A stretch of DNA of 64,000 nucleotides from Octopus vulgaris. Lineage: Eukaryota. Numbering within the stretch: position 1 is the stretch's first letter; every line of letters begins with the position of its first letter. Of the stretch, positions 39,398-53,689 are shown piece after piece. The stretch covers positions 26,474,001 through 26,538,000 of the forward strand of contig OX597814.1 in assembly GCA_951406725.2 (NCBI GenBank), given 5' to 3'. The notes under the pieces were generated by a model. The model saw nothing but the letters and a program-made list of their open reading frames with translations. It did not search any database and was not told the origin of the DNA. Position numbers and translations under genes: made by a program.

Positions 39398-39724
39398 TTA
39401 GTCAGAAGAATTGAATGAACTGTTCCAAGGTTTATTTATATATCAGAACAAAAAGTCTTCGAATTTTTTAAGGAAATGAAGTAAACACACAAAATATTTA
39501 CATGATTACATTTCAGAATTCATTTAGTGCTTGTGCCTCCAGTACAGGCACAAGCATTCTCAAGAGTCCAACAAATTCTTAAAAAGTAATGGCATAAATA
39601 TTTTATCATATTTTGCTTCATTTTATATTTCACTTCATTTCATTTCTTTGGAATGATATTCAGGTACATTCTCCAACAGTATATAAATAAACATCGAAAC
39701 AATTCATTCATTTCTTCAGACTAA
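39398..39724. repeat. Degenerate palindromic (MITE-like) element
   Basis: TTAGTCAGAAGAATTGAATGAACTGTTCCAAGGTTTATTTATATA pairs with TATATAAATAAACATCGAAACAATTCATTCATTTCTTCAGACTAA. Central hairpin TGCTTGTGCCT/AGGCACAAGCA. Confidence 0.8.
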
Positions 39725-42502
39725 AGCATTCTCATTGTTAAATTTTTCAAATTGTTCAGAGTATATGTGTGTTTGAAAATTTCAACAACAAAAGGGCTTA
39801 CACACAATACAAAAATTTCCTCCCAAAAAGTTTTGGTCATTCTGTTTTTTAAAGATTTTTTATATAGTTAATCTTTATTTTAAGAAAATCTTTCTTTACA
39901 TACACACATAGAAATATGTATATACATATACACACACACACAAACACTCACACATATAAACACACCAGTGCTTCTAGACATGTATTTATTATATCAACTG
40001 CAGATGAAGAAAATGTTAAGTTGGCCTGCATAAGATTTGAACTCAGAAACAATATATCATCATCTTACAATGAATTCTTGACTTTGAATCCTACTTTCTT
40101 TGCAAGTATGTATGGTTTAAATGATGCCTACATGCAACACATAAATAATATACCACCATTACTACCACTCTGTCTGCATGTCTGTCTGTCTCTTACTCTC
40201 TCTCTCTCTCTCTCTCTTTATATCACTCTGTTCAAACACACATGCACACTCATATGCACAACTCACACACACACGCGTGCGCACACACACACACACACAT
40301 ACACATACTTCATTCTCTAGTAATTCTACTTTTTGACTGCTACTTTCAGCACTCTTTTAAAGTTGCTAACATGATTTTGTTTATTGCATTTCATCAATCA
40401 TTAGCCTTTCTTTAACCTGATTTCATCCCTAATTATATCCATTCCATTTTGCTTTAAAGATTTCTGTAGGACACATCTTAGTGAAAAAGCTCTCAGCATT
40501 TCCTAGCTTTTTGAAACAGTGAAGAAATTAACTTATGCAAAACTTATTATAGACCAGGAGGAAAATTTAATTTTCGTATTTTCTATAAAGGTTGTCTGTA
40601 CAGCAGAAGAAATAATTTATTGGGTCAGAGTTTAGAAGAGTATCTAGAATGTTGTGTTTGGAGAAATTTCATAGTATTTAGACTGGATAAATGGCATGAG
40701 TTTTTTTTATATGTTTAATTCTGTGTTTCTTTTGTTTCCTTTTCTTTCTTATTATTGAGATATAATTGGTTATTAACTTAAGAAGAAAAATATAAAATAG
40801 TTTTAAACTGTATAATCTTAACTAGGATTTTATTTATTTTTCTTTATATGGTAGTGCTCCAGCATGGTCTGAGCCCACTAGTTGGATTCAATAAGAGCAA
40901 ATGCTGACACAGAAAAGAGAAAACAGTTTTCAAGCATTTATTTGCCCTGCTTTTATTTATGTCTCATCCATACTCGGTCTGAAATATCTAGATGTGTTCT
41001 TTTATCAATCCTATTTTAATATTAATGAAATAATTGTTTTTAAAGTAGTGGAATATTTTACATTTATTAATGCAACAAATATCTGTTTAATTTCATCAGA
41101 TAATGCATTTAATCAAAGGAATTAAATTTTACTATTTGTTTCAGTTATTGAAGTAAATAATAGTTATAATATTAAAGCAACTCAATAAAATATAACACTA
41201 GTCCCTAAATAAAATGAGCTAACATACATGTTACAATGTTTATCTAGAATTTCTTTTTAGATAATGTTTAAGTAACCATGTTGTCTACAAGTCAAAATTA
41301 GAAGGAAACACTTTTCATAGGATTTTTATTATAATGTATTTATATTTATCCCTGAAATGATGAACAAACCCAATAATTTCCCTTTCCTATATTTGTGAGA
41401 CTGGTTATTTGGTGAATAGATCTTGTTCTTAATTTATCAAAATTGCTATATGCTTCATTTATTTCTGGACAGTGAATTATATATAGGTACCCTATTTTCT
41501 ATCAGTGAAATTAATATAGTTTTTGGAACATCTACTTTTTTTTACATGGTTTCAAAGAGCTGTGGTTTGTAAATATTTTACAGTTAACATCCAATATATA
41601 CAGGCACTTCCATTATTCTCAACACATTTGTTGTACAAATACGAAAATATAACATCAAGTTTTCTCTTTTCTAATGATCTGACTACCCTTTATGTGTAAT
41701 GGGGTATTCTCATTTACTTCATTTGTGATAAATCACTGTTTAAAAAATAAGTTTCTATCAAACTAAATCTATTGTGGAATTTTTATTTCTCTCTGTGTTA
41801 TTAAGAGCATTCAAGGCACCTTGAAGACCACAATTCATATAAATTTTCCCATATAGTCAGTAAGATTGACACACCACAGATGGATACTTCTGATCAGAAA
41901 AAAGTAAAGAAATTGACTTTTTCACACTAGTGTACTGAAATGAAGAAATCTTTATCTAGAAGTTTCATATATTTATTTCTAAATGATGATACAATTTATG
42001 AGATACAGTAATAAGCATTACAATGTTCTCAGATTCCATCCCATGACAATTTGGTCATGAAATGGAAGAAAAACATACATAATTCATGTATAATGTTCCA
42101 ACTGCTTTTAGACAATGTAATATACTTCCACAATTCAAATCTATGTGGGTCATTATGGATATGCAGAAGTAATAGCAGTAAATAATACATCTGGTGCAAA
42201 TTTGACCCACAAGTCCAAGTAGAATTATGTGCTTTGCCTAAGGTTACTATGCAAGACAACTTGCAGAATATAAACTGACAGTTCTTCTGCCAAGAGTTCA
42301 ATATCTTAGTGACCTAAGTTTCTCATACATATACTTGGACATACACACACACAGATTTACATGCAAACACATACACATAAGGAGAAAATAAAGAAAAGAT
42401 AAATTCAGTATGTGAATACATAAAAATTATTAGTTCACACAAAAAAGATACATTTACACATGTATATGTACTCAAGTGCACTCACACAGACATACACACA
42501 TA

Positions 42503-42563
<61 letters not shown>

Positions 42564-43149
42564 TGTATAAGTGTATGCATGTATGTGTGTATTATTGCAT
42601 ACAGGCACAAGTATTATGCTAATATATGAATTTATGTGTGTGTATGCATGCATGTGTGTGTATTTATATATATATGTGTATATTTTAACTCAAGCACATA
42701 TATACAAACATGATGCATCAAATATATCTAAACCAAAAGAAACAGAAAAAGTAATCAGTAAGAAACAGATAGACTGGTAAATTCAAAGAAAAACGCCTAA
42801 AAACATTTACATGCATAACTCTCATAGAATTCTATGAATGTGCATAGATAATTGTGTATATATATCAATGTAAATATGTATGTGTAACTTTGTCAATTCA
42901 GTACTGGCAAAGTTCACTCCTTAATCAAGAGGGATTTTTAGCTATTCACTGTGGTTGGAGAAGTTTGAATGGGATTTGGTATATTTTATTTTCCATTTTT
43001 GACACATTTTATATTTAATTAAGAACAGGCATAAAATGAATAAACTCAAACAGATATTTTATTATATAAACATTTCTCATGAAATATATGAAATCAAAAA
43101 ACAAATAGCAATGATGACAACAACTACAATTATAATAGCAACAATAATA

Positions 43150-43181
<32 letters not shown>

Positions 43182-45581
43182 GGTATAATAAAATTCCAGA
43201 AAGCCTTAGGAAAATAATTTATATTTCTAAAACAATAAGGAAAAACAGATAAAGGTGCTGGGAAAGAAAAGAAGAAAAGAAAGAGGTGAAGAATTTAGAA
43301 ATAGGTGTTATTATAGATTGGCTTAAAGAATTCCAGTTTAGTCTTCATGTATCTGCACTAGAAATATTGTTACAGTCAAATAACATAGTTGTATGTCATA
43401 AGAAAGCTTTACACTTCTTTTCTCCTTTGAAGGATGTGTATGTAGAGATGTGAAATGGAGAAAGAATGACAAGCAAAATGAGAAAAAAAAAATGAAAAAC
43501 TAGAAAGTAATGTAAAAAAAGAAGTAGCTAAACCACACTGATAAATGAACAGAAAAGTATACAAAGAAGCTGAATGAGAAATGAAGGAGAGAAAAAAGAT
43601 GGCTGTTTGAGAAATTGAATGATAAATCACCATCCTTAGGAAATGGTTTTAAATATTTAATCAAAAATGATTGATAATGTGTGGCATAGGATTTTATATC
43701 AAGCTATGAGAGTGCTCCAAGAAAGATCCAGTTGGAGCCAAATATTTAGAGCAGGCGTGCAGACAGACAGACAGACAGGCAATCATTTCTTTGAATCTAT
43801 TGAGATGTACAGGGTTGATTGAGTAAAAAGTAAAGGACAACTTTTCTGTGATAGTACCAGTAATTTCACTGTTATTAGCTTGGAAACAAATATTTCCTTC
43901 TCTCCAACTCCTCATCACATTCTAGCAAGAGTTACCAGTTGTTTGTACCCCTCCCACACACTCTTCCACTTCACCACAATTGTAAATGTTTATTATCGAA
44001 AGACAACTTCCCTCTAACTTGTTTTCGTTATTGTTTGCTAATCTTGTTCTGTGGTTGATACTTCTCTCTTCATCTTTCCCTCTATGTGTCTGAGTATCTT
44101 TCTCATTCTTCACCCTATCTTTTCCCTGCCATGCTCTCCCTTTCTCTTTCCCCTACCCACCTTGTGTCTGCATATTCCTAACCTTTATCTCTCTTTCTCT
44201 CTCTGATATGTGCACATTATTTTGTTTCATTTTTTTTTTCCATACATCACACATTACTGTTACTCCGTTCTTAATACTTTGTTGTAGTTTGTTAAAATAC
44301 TTGTAAATGGGGGACAGACACAATGGTTCTTTTTTTAAGCAAACTCAGATTAAATTAATTTTCTACTCTTTCAATACATAAATGAAGTTCAAGAAATAAA
44401 CAAAAATAAATCAACTAAATTAATTAATAAATCTAACAAAATTGAACCATTTCAGGCAATATCACAAGATCAGTCTAGTGAGCAATATGAATTCTATAAC
44501 AGAGCATATGCTCTGTCAGGAAAATATGCTTTGTCATATAGCATGAAACCTCAACTTAAATACAAACTTCAATACGAATTTGGGAAATTTCAAAGGTTGA
44601 ACAATTTTAAGGAATGTTTAAGTACAATTCATTGTATAAAATCTGTATAATAAATCTATTAACTCAAACCAGAATTAAAGCAATAATTTCATACGCTGCA
44701 CCAAATTATGTTTGTTTAGTACACCCACCTCCAACATGGTAAAACCACATATTTCTTCATATATTAAAGGGCTTCTTTTTTATTTTTTGCATTTAAAAAG
44801 GCTATATAAATTGGTAATTCCTTTTGTATGTATAAAATTATTTTGCTTATTTCTATTTTACTTTTCTTTTCTTATTATCTCTTTAGGCTTATTCAATATT
44901 CAGCTCTTTTTTTTTCCATTGCATCCTTTTATTTAGTTTTCTGACAGCCAGCTATGGGAGGGAGAAAAATGTCTGTTTTCATTTCTGGCAGTAGCTACTC
45001 TACCTACTCTCAGGCAGGGATGATGGCGTGCAAAGCCCTAATATGTGATTCGAGCCTGTCATGCAACTAAGGTTTATATTACTTAATGCTTCAACTTCAG
45101 TCTCATCAATATTATCACTACTACTACCATCACTTTTGCTTTTGCTGCCTTTACTACTTTGGCCAGCTCAAGGAACTCTTGAAGTAGATGCACAAATTAT
45201 AGATATCAATGCAAAAAAGTAGACATTAGCAATGCATAAATTATAGATATAAATGCCAGCCACCCTCTCACACAACAAAAAAAGAAACAATAGAAATTGT
45301 CAGATCAAGATATGAAAGAGTAATCAGAATATTAAATTCATTTTTTTGTTTCATTTACAGTTTTTAACTAGTAATATCTCATGTGTATGTAGATGTGCTT
45401 CTATGACCATGTCTCTGTTTATATTTTATTGTTGATGTTTTGAAAGTTAGAAGTTTGACGCATATGTACCACACTGGAATAAGTAATGGAGAATGCTTGT
45501 GGCTGAGTGGGGTTCAAAAGGATTGACCAAATCCTTAAAGGCAGTGTTCTTAGTAAGGAGGCAGTCCAATTACTGAAACCA

Positions 45582-45614
<33 letters not shown>

Positions 45615-45898
45615 AGAGAAAGAGAGAGACCAAACTGACATTATCTGAAAAAGAAAAAATGATGAGATGAAATATTTCACATGAAGCATAATGTCATAAG
45701 TGCTTTTTATACTTTACAAAGGGTAAAACTTGTCACCACAAGTGAGGAAAAGGTCTGTTTCTTGTTCATTACTGGTAATACATATATATATATATATATA
45801 TATATATGGCACGCAATAAGTACCATGCATGCATGGATCATTGCCAGTTCAGTCTTATTGGCTCCCTATACATATATATATATATATATGTATGTATG

Positions 45899-45966
<68 letters not shown>

Positions 45967-45967
45967 T

Positions 45968-46340
45968 ATCATCATCATCATCATCGTCGTTTAACGTCCG
46001 TTCTCCATGCTAGCATGGGTTGGACGGTTCGACCGGGTTCTGGGAAGCCAGAAGGCTGCACCAGGCTCCAGTCTAAATTTGGCAATGTTTCTACAGCTGG
46101 ATGCCCTTCCTAACGCCAACCACTCCGTGAGTGTAGTGGGTGCTTTTACGTGCCACCTGCACAGGTGCCAGGCGGGGCTGGCAACGGCCACGGTCAGATT
46201 GGTGTATTTTATGTGCCACCGGCACGGAAGCCAGTCGAGGCGGTGCTGGCATCGGCCACGAGTCGGATAGTGCTTTTTACGTACCACCAGACCAGGGATC
46301 CTGGCTGGTTCAATTCGATTTCGATTTCGCTTGCCCCAAC
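45968..46340 (-). mobile_element. Young, CpG-intact V-domain SINE with internal tandem repeats and (GAT)n tail
   Basis: Minus strand contains GGTTGGCGTTAGGAAGGGCATCCAGCTGTAGAAAC (V-domain core) and ends GGACGTTAAACGACGATGATG. It carries three TTTTAYGTRCCACC units. Confidence 0.9.
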
Positions 46341-46341
46341 A

Positions 46342-46372
46342 TTATTATATATATAATATTATATATATATTA

Positions 46373-46414
<42 letters not shown>

Positions 46415-46728
46415 TATATATATATATGTATATATACTATATATATACTATATATATATGTATATATACTATATATATACTATATATATGTATATATATA
46501 TATATATATACTATATATATATGTATATATACTATATATATACTATATATATATGTATATATACTATATATGTATATATACTATATATATGTATATATAC
46601 TATATATATATGTATATATATATATATATATACTATATATATGTATATATACTATATATATATGTATATATACTATATATATATGCATATATACTATATA
46701 TATATGCATATATACTATATATATATGC

Positions 46729-46804
<76 letters not shown>

Positions 46805-46817
46805 GTGTGTGTGTGTG
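46342..46817. repeat. Compound AT microsatellite (TATATATAC/TATATATATG units)
   Basis: Direct inspection; source of the 237-aa I/Y ORF. Confidence 0.95.
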
Positions 46818-46922
46818 TCATCATCATCGTTTAACATCCGCTTTCTATGCTAGCATGGGTTGGACGATTTGACTGAGGACTGGTGAACCAGATGGCTGCA
46901 TCAGGCTCCAATCTGATCTGGC
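46818..46922 (-). mobile_element. V-domain SINE family 3' end, truncated
   Basis: CATCATCATCGTTTAACATCCGCTTTCTATGCTAGCATGGGTTGGACG..CAGGCTCCAATCTGATCTGG. Confidence 0.85.
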
Positions 46923-48448
46923 CGCAGTCTCATGCTTGAAACTAGTAAAAGATAAAAGATGCATACACTCACACACACATGCACACACACACACAAACAC
47001 AGGTCTGAATGGTCAAGACTGTATCATTTACTTGAAAAATACATAAGCTATCCAGCTGTAAAACATTATCTCACTAACAGATTTATCTAACCCATGCTAG
47101 CATGAAAAATACAGACATAAAATGAGCAAATGGACAAATATAGACAAATATATATAAGGCTGATGGAGAAAAAGCAAGAAAGCAGCATTCACTTTGTACC
47201 ATTTGAAGATAACATGCCAATATGCTTTCATAAATTGGATTGAACTAAACAGAACATGCAAAGACAAAAGAAGGAGAGAAGTGACACTATGCAAATATGT
47301 ATGTGTTTGTGTGTCTAGATTTTCTCTCCATTCTAAGAATAATGTGAATCTGTATGATGTATGTATGTTGTTCGTAAAAAGTATGGAAATATCTGTGATT
47401 GCTTCCTGTATATGTATGACCAAGTGAGTAGATATGTGCTTTCCTACAATACCTTTTGTCCCAGTATATCTCTTTAAGTATGTTTCTGTATGTACTTACT
47501 GAAAACCATTTACTGTTAAAAGTAAAAATCTGTCAGTTCAAGAATCTTTAGTTTCTATCATAAATTCTTTGCATGTTTGTATGTATATGCATATATATGT
47601 GTGCGTATGTATGTATGTTTAAATATATATGTGCTTATAAGCATTTCTCTATGCATACATGTATGTTTATACATGTGCATGCCAAGTTAACAAATATTTA
47701 AGTATGCATATATAGGAAACAGACATACTGATGATTGTTTCAAACATTAAAACTATGTGTATGAGTGCCTAAAAGTGTATGTGAACACACACGCATATAA
47801 TGTTCACATGGAGACCACATGCATGCAGAGATATACACATGTATATATTCTCATACATACATTCATACATACATGCATAAGTGTGTGTCTGTGTTTGAAT
47901 GTGCAGTTTGAATTCTATGTAATTTCTTTCTCTGATTAACAACAGCAACCAGAACACTAACAAATGGAAGCAGAGATGGGAGTGTTGGATGAAGTGCAGA
48001 TAGCGTTGGTGGTGGTAATGGAACGCTTCACTTTCCAGTCCCTTGACTTGGTTCACTATAAACTGCTCAAAGGAAAGAGAAGAGCATAAGAGTCAGCATA
48101 GCGAAAGGTAGTGGTGGTGATCAAGTCTCTGTGATTGTATCTGATCAAGGTCCACTAGTCCAGCAAGGAACAGGAGACAAGCTTTCAATAATAACTACCA
48201 TTCTTTCATTGTTACATTACCATTGGGAATACTAAAAGCTTTCCAAATGAAGCTGGGAAAGGGAAGGGAAATAAAAATCAAATAGGAAAAATAAAAACAA
48301 TTTAGAAAACAAAGCAAGATAAACTGAAACACATATGTATGTGTGTGTGTGTATGAATGTATGTACATATATATATATATATATATATTTGTATACATGC
48401 ATATATACCTACATATATACATGAATAAATACACAGACATATATATTG

Positions 48449-48491
<43 letters not shown>

Positions 48492-51400
48492 TTGTATACC
48501 TACATATATATGAATAAATACACACACATATATATTGTGTGTATATATATGTATATATATACATTTACATACAGAAACACACACACACATATTGTGAATG
48601 TATATGTATGTATGTTTATATGTGTATGTGTGTATACATACATATATTGCATATATGTGTGTGTATACTAAAGTTGTGGCTTTGTTTTAATTATACATAT
48701 ATATTTCTATTTCTATCAATCCCAAAGTGAATTCAGCAGTAGTTAATGCTAGAAAAACAACATACTGGTAAATAATATTTACTCCTAGTAGTTATTTACT
48801 TGGTTTTAATGTACTCATTTATTTCATTTTGATTGATTGATCATTTTTTTTCTGTCAGTTTGTTTGCTTCTTGGTTTCTTCACTTATTTTACGACTAACA
48901 TCTGTTATATTAAGTGAAGCTTTCTTGAAATTTTTGGTACCCTAGTAGATTTGTAAATCTCACTTTAAAATAAATTTGCTCATTAGTTAGAATTGAGTTA
49001 AGTAAGTTTTATGTTGACACCCACTTTACAGCAATGTGAAAACTAGAATCTTTGCAAACTAATGAAGAATGATTATTTTTTCTTGTTAAAAATAGCAGCA
49101 AAATTTCTTACAAATCATGCTTTTAGAGTCTCAGCTGGAATACCTTGCATCATTTCTTCTGGCATTCAGTGCTCTGAGTTCAAATCCAGCCACAGATAAC
49201 TTAGTCTTTCTCTTTTGAGGACAGGTGAGTGGGTGGTTTGGTAGAATTTTAAGGATGTCAGGCCAGACACCTTACAGCATTTGTTCTGATTCTTTGCGTT
49301 CTGAGCTCAAATCTTGCCATTTCCCATCTTTATGGTTGACATATTCTATTTCCTTGTTTAACATTACCACCTGGCTTTTTGAGTGCCTTTTAGCAGAGTC
49401 CACACTGATGCAAGCATTTGGATGAAGTCTCTAGTTTGAGTATACCCTCCCTCACACTAATTTCAAAAGTCCTGTGAAAGATTGTAGGTACTTCCTTCTC
49501 TGCTAACCATAAAGATAATTTTAAAAAAATGCTAAAGATACATCAGATTAGCTAGTGTAACTAAAAGAATGGATGATCATGGCCTGACTGCCTTTGATTA
49601 TTATTTTTTGAAATTAACCCAATCTCAGGCTAAATAACAACAAAAGGTCTACATTTACAAAAAGAAAAGAAAAAGCAATCAATGATATTCTTAAGATAAG
49701 AGAAGAGTGAGTTCTGCTGTATCACACAGGGCCATCCTTTGAAGGGATAAGAAGTGTTTTGGAAAGTTGATGGAAACACACCAACTTTCACTTCAATGTA
49801 ATTTTAAAATAATGTTAACTTCGCTGTTACTAAGTGAATTTATACTTTAGATATTTTCTGTCTTTGCTAATGGTGCTTACAAGAAAACATAGCTCACTTC
49901 CAAATATGTAGTCTTTGTTTATTTCATATAACTACCCAGTCCACAAAACTTCAAACCATCATTAAATATATCACCAATTCATTTGACATCAAACATCAAT
50001 CAGAAAAAGACAAAAAACATTTTCTTTCAGCATCAAACATCAGTGGAAGTCAAATTATTGATTGCTTCATATCTTTTCTTTCTTTCCTATCATGTTTAAC
50101 AGACACAAACACATATAGATGTGCACACACACACACACACGCACGTGTCCACACACACAAACATACATTCTTTAAAACAATCTTGAAGTTTAATTAAGTG
50201 ATAAAATGGTTAAGCTAAAAATAAATGCTTCTATTATATGCTAAACTTAGAAACTATTTTCTTTCTACTTTCTAGACTTCTGAAAAGACATCAAAATTAA
50301 AATGTATTTAACTTATTCTATTTCAGAATAATAGAATTATTTTTGTCTCTTTTTAAAATGATAACAAAGAAATCATAAATTTGAGCAGAATATTCAAAAT
50401 TGACTGTACCAGCGAAAAATGTATTGTTAATAAAAATGTAAGGTTTGTTTAATAATAGTCTAAGGTAGCAGATTTAAGATGTCATGAGTTCAAACATACT
50501 GCAAATATTACTTCGTATCCAAAGGCAAAGTAACATAAACATACCTTGCCTCAGTTCAACCAACTAGAAAATAAATATTAAGGTTCCATTGAAATGGAAC
50601 AACAATGATTGATAAGGAAAACGTTGTTAGTAAATGATGCAGCAAATATTATCAGAGTGTGTTAGAGTAATTTCTTGAATTAATACTGTTGATATTATAG
50701 TTGTTGATGTTTTTGTTGCTGTTTTATATACATTCAGATCAGTTGGTTTGTTCGATGGCAACTGATAAACTATTTGGAAAGAGTAATTCAAATACTTGTA
50801 ACAAAAATGAATGGAATATCAGATGAAAAACTATAAAGACAAATAAAACACAAGAATATAGTGAAACCTATCTGGTAGGAGTAACTCGAAGAATGACACT
50901 GAAAACAACACAAGACAAGCAGATAACAAACAGATGTGACCAGCCATCTCAAATTGATAGCTGAATCAAAGACAAATCAGATTTGTAAATCACTATAGCA
51001 AATATAATATGTAGTCTTATTTTTTTTTATATGAAAATGGACTCTTGAGGGATGATGAAAATCTAAACCAACTATATACAGATTTGAAATAAGAACATTC
51101 CTTTAGGCATAACACAAAGTTTCATTTTCAAGTAATAATTCAAAGAAAGACTTTCTGGAAGGGTGTTATTTTTCCCTTCCCAAGACTTAAAAGAAGAAGA
51201 AACACCCATCAGAAATAGAGTGCTCCAGCTGCTTACTGAAATGAATTGTACTTCATTATAATACATAGTTACAGTTAGATTCGAGGAACCATTGAGAATT
51301 AAGTATTTTTGCACAATACATAAGACATGAACCAATAAATATATTGACCGATTCTGGTGTTAGTGATAGTAAAGTATCAGCACAAAGGATAATCAAGGAT

Positions 51401-51534
51401 ACAAATAGTAGGACATGTGTGACAACAAGCCAGTTGAATCACCCGCTGAAGATTAATATTGTCATAATATTATGTAAATGACTGAGTAGTAGAATAGTTT
51501 CTATTGTAGACTTTCTGTGAGAGTTAATATATCA

Positions 51535-51906
51535 TGGTTGTATACTGTCAACATAACATGACAGTCCTGTAAAGAGAATTACACCACCGCTATTTAGCCC
51601 TGGGAAGCATCGACACTTCCTGTCGGCATTGACACATTTCCTGTGTCCTTATATTTGCAAAGGGGAGGCAAGCACCCCCACCAGCTAGGACTAGCAACCT
51701 GAAGACATGCATGTTTCTGGGTCTTGCCCGTCATCAGTCCAGCATAGCAAGTCCTGCTAGTTGAGATACCTGCCAAGCCCTCACAAATATAAGGACACAG
51801 GAAATGTGTCAAAGCTGACAGGAAGCGTCGATGCTTCCTAGGGCTAAATAGCATAGGTGTAATTCCCTTTACGGGACTGTCATGTTATGTTGACAGTATA
51901 CAACCA
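51535..51906. mobile_element. 372-bp palindromic element with a hammerhead ribozyme in its loop
   Basis: Arms 51535-51657 and 51784-51906 (123 bp) differ at 9 positions by manual count. Looser complementarity continues inward to ~51697/51745. Confidence 0.92.
51699..51742 (-). ncRNA. Type I hammerhead ribozyme
   Basis: Minus strand: CTGGA-CTGATGA-C-GGG-CAAGA-CCC-A-GAAAC-ATGCAT-GTC-TTCAG. Stem I is CTGGA/TTCAG, the core CUGAUGA+GAAA is intact, stem II is GGG/CCC, helix III is the palindrome ACATGCATGT, and the triplet is GUC. Confidence 0.85.
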
Positions 51907-53189
51907 CTCTATTGCTCCACCACTGCTCATGTCTCTTTGAGACATTTAGAAATTCAATATTTCTAATTAATATATCATGTTCAAAGTGAAATGTTAGAAA
52001 CAGATTAGCAATAGTGACATGGGTGGAGGTGTGGTAACTGGTTTAATACTAGATAAAGATTGGTGTGAACATCTTATTTCTGTGTCCTCAGTAAATGTTC
52101 GTTTACATCAGTACATTATGATATTGCTGTTACCCATGTTCTCATAAAAGGTATGATGATTCATCTACCATTATCACTGAATGCAATAAGGGGTATTGGA
52201 GTGATATCACATTAGATGTATCATGACATTGGGAAATGGATAATGTTAGTGAAAACGATCTGTGGTAACTGTGATATGGGATAATTACTTTGGCTGCTGG
52301 TCATACTTTAGCCAGGACTCAAATTATATTGCTAAATAATTATCCTTATCATCACCATTACCACCCTCATTGCCATCATCATCATCAGTAGCAACAGCAT
52401 TCGTATTTCATGCTTTGGTATTGTTGTTGTGGTTTAGTGCCTTAGGGTTATGCTGATATTTTTACCTCAAACTAAGAAAGAAATTTGTCAGCAATTTCAA
52501 TTATCTGTTTACTTTTGATGGTATTATTGTTAAAACTTATTCTAGATTGGCTTCATAAGATTTGTACATTCTGTTTTTGGGGGGTTTTGCCATTTTCTTC
52601 CTTCTATGGTATGTGGACTCATCATCATTCACTGAAAGGGACCAAGTGTCATGTTGATTAACCTGCAGTTGAAACATTAATGATACAAAAGAAAACAGTG
52701 AAGATAAACAATAAAATAATGATGTCGAAGAAGATGGAAAAATAGAGAGTAACTGAAGAGGAAGAGAGAAGGAAATGGGTGATGGATTATGTTAATAGAA
52801 TGAATGCTAGAACAAACCCCTGCCATATAAACACACATTAACACTCTCAATGTATGCACACAAGGAATCTAGTTTTACCACATTAATTATTTAAATTTAT
52901 TTCTATTTTTTAAAGGAATCAATAAATCATTGAAAACCACACAGCAAATTTTAAAATGTTTGTGATTGCATCAATGTTTTTTATACAGATATTTATATAC
53001 ATAAAACAAAGTGTCACACATAGAAAGATATAATGATGAAGCAAGGAATTTATGTTTTAAAATATTTATACCATGTTTTGAATAAATTGTTTGCCTGTTG
53101 AAAGTTAAGTACAACTAAATTGTTTAGCAATAAGATGGGTTTTACTTTTTATCTTTTGGTTTGGAGGAAGGGGCTGAGGCTATTGCCTT

Positions 53190-53420
53190 TGCAAAAGTTC
53201 TGGTGAGATTGATGTAGTAAATATTACTCTTAAATAGTTGCAAGTTGACAGTTGTAGAGAAAGCATAGTAGGAATGGAATTCTGGAAACTCAATGTTTTA
53301 TAGGAAAAGATCTGGGGCACAGGAATTAGTGCTGAGTCTAGAGCAAGAGGGATGGACAATATTGGCAACAAGGGACTTGAGTATGCAAGAAGAAAGTATG
53401 TGAGCAGAAGTAGAATGTGA
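53190..53420 (-). pseudogene. Highly decayed CR1/Jockey-like LINE 3' end
   Basis: Minus-strand frames give KTLSFQNSIP and then VNLQLFKSNIYYINL, resembling the RT..LWNSLP..NLQ.FK C-terminus of CR1-like ORF2. Confidence 0.45.
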
Positions 53421-53689
53421 CTAACCTGTTCCACAGAGCAGTTCTGATATTTCTAAGGGATCAAAAGTAGTTTTTTCAAATTTGTGTAATACTTGGCTAG
53501 AGCCATCCATACCTTGTTTGGGTAAATAATTTATAAATAAATAAATAAATTTGCTAGTCCCATTCAGTAAAACATGTTATTGTAGCTGATAGAGAATCAG
53601 TTGATGTTATTACTAAACCTGTTACAAGTACTCAAAATTATTCATAGCAATAAAAAATTTCTTCTTCATTTACATGCACCATTCATGTA

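Noticed and set aside
44499-44516. Perfect 18-bp palindrome ACAGAGCATATGCTCTGT followed by C
   Set aside because: No CTGANGA or GAAA core lies nearby; it is an isolated palindrome of unknown meaning.
46140-46853. Longest ORF (237 aa) and other I/Y, H/T and C/V-rich ORFs across the window
   Set aside because: They are translations of (TA)n, (CA)n and (TG)n microsatellites and SINE sequence, not proteins.
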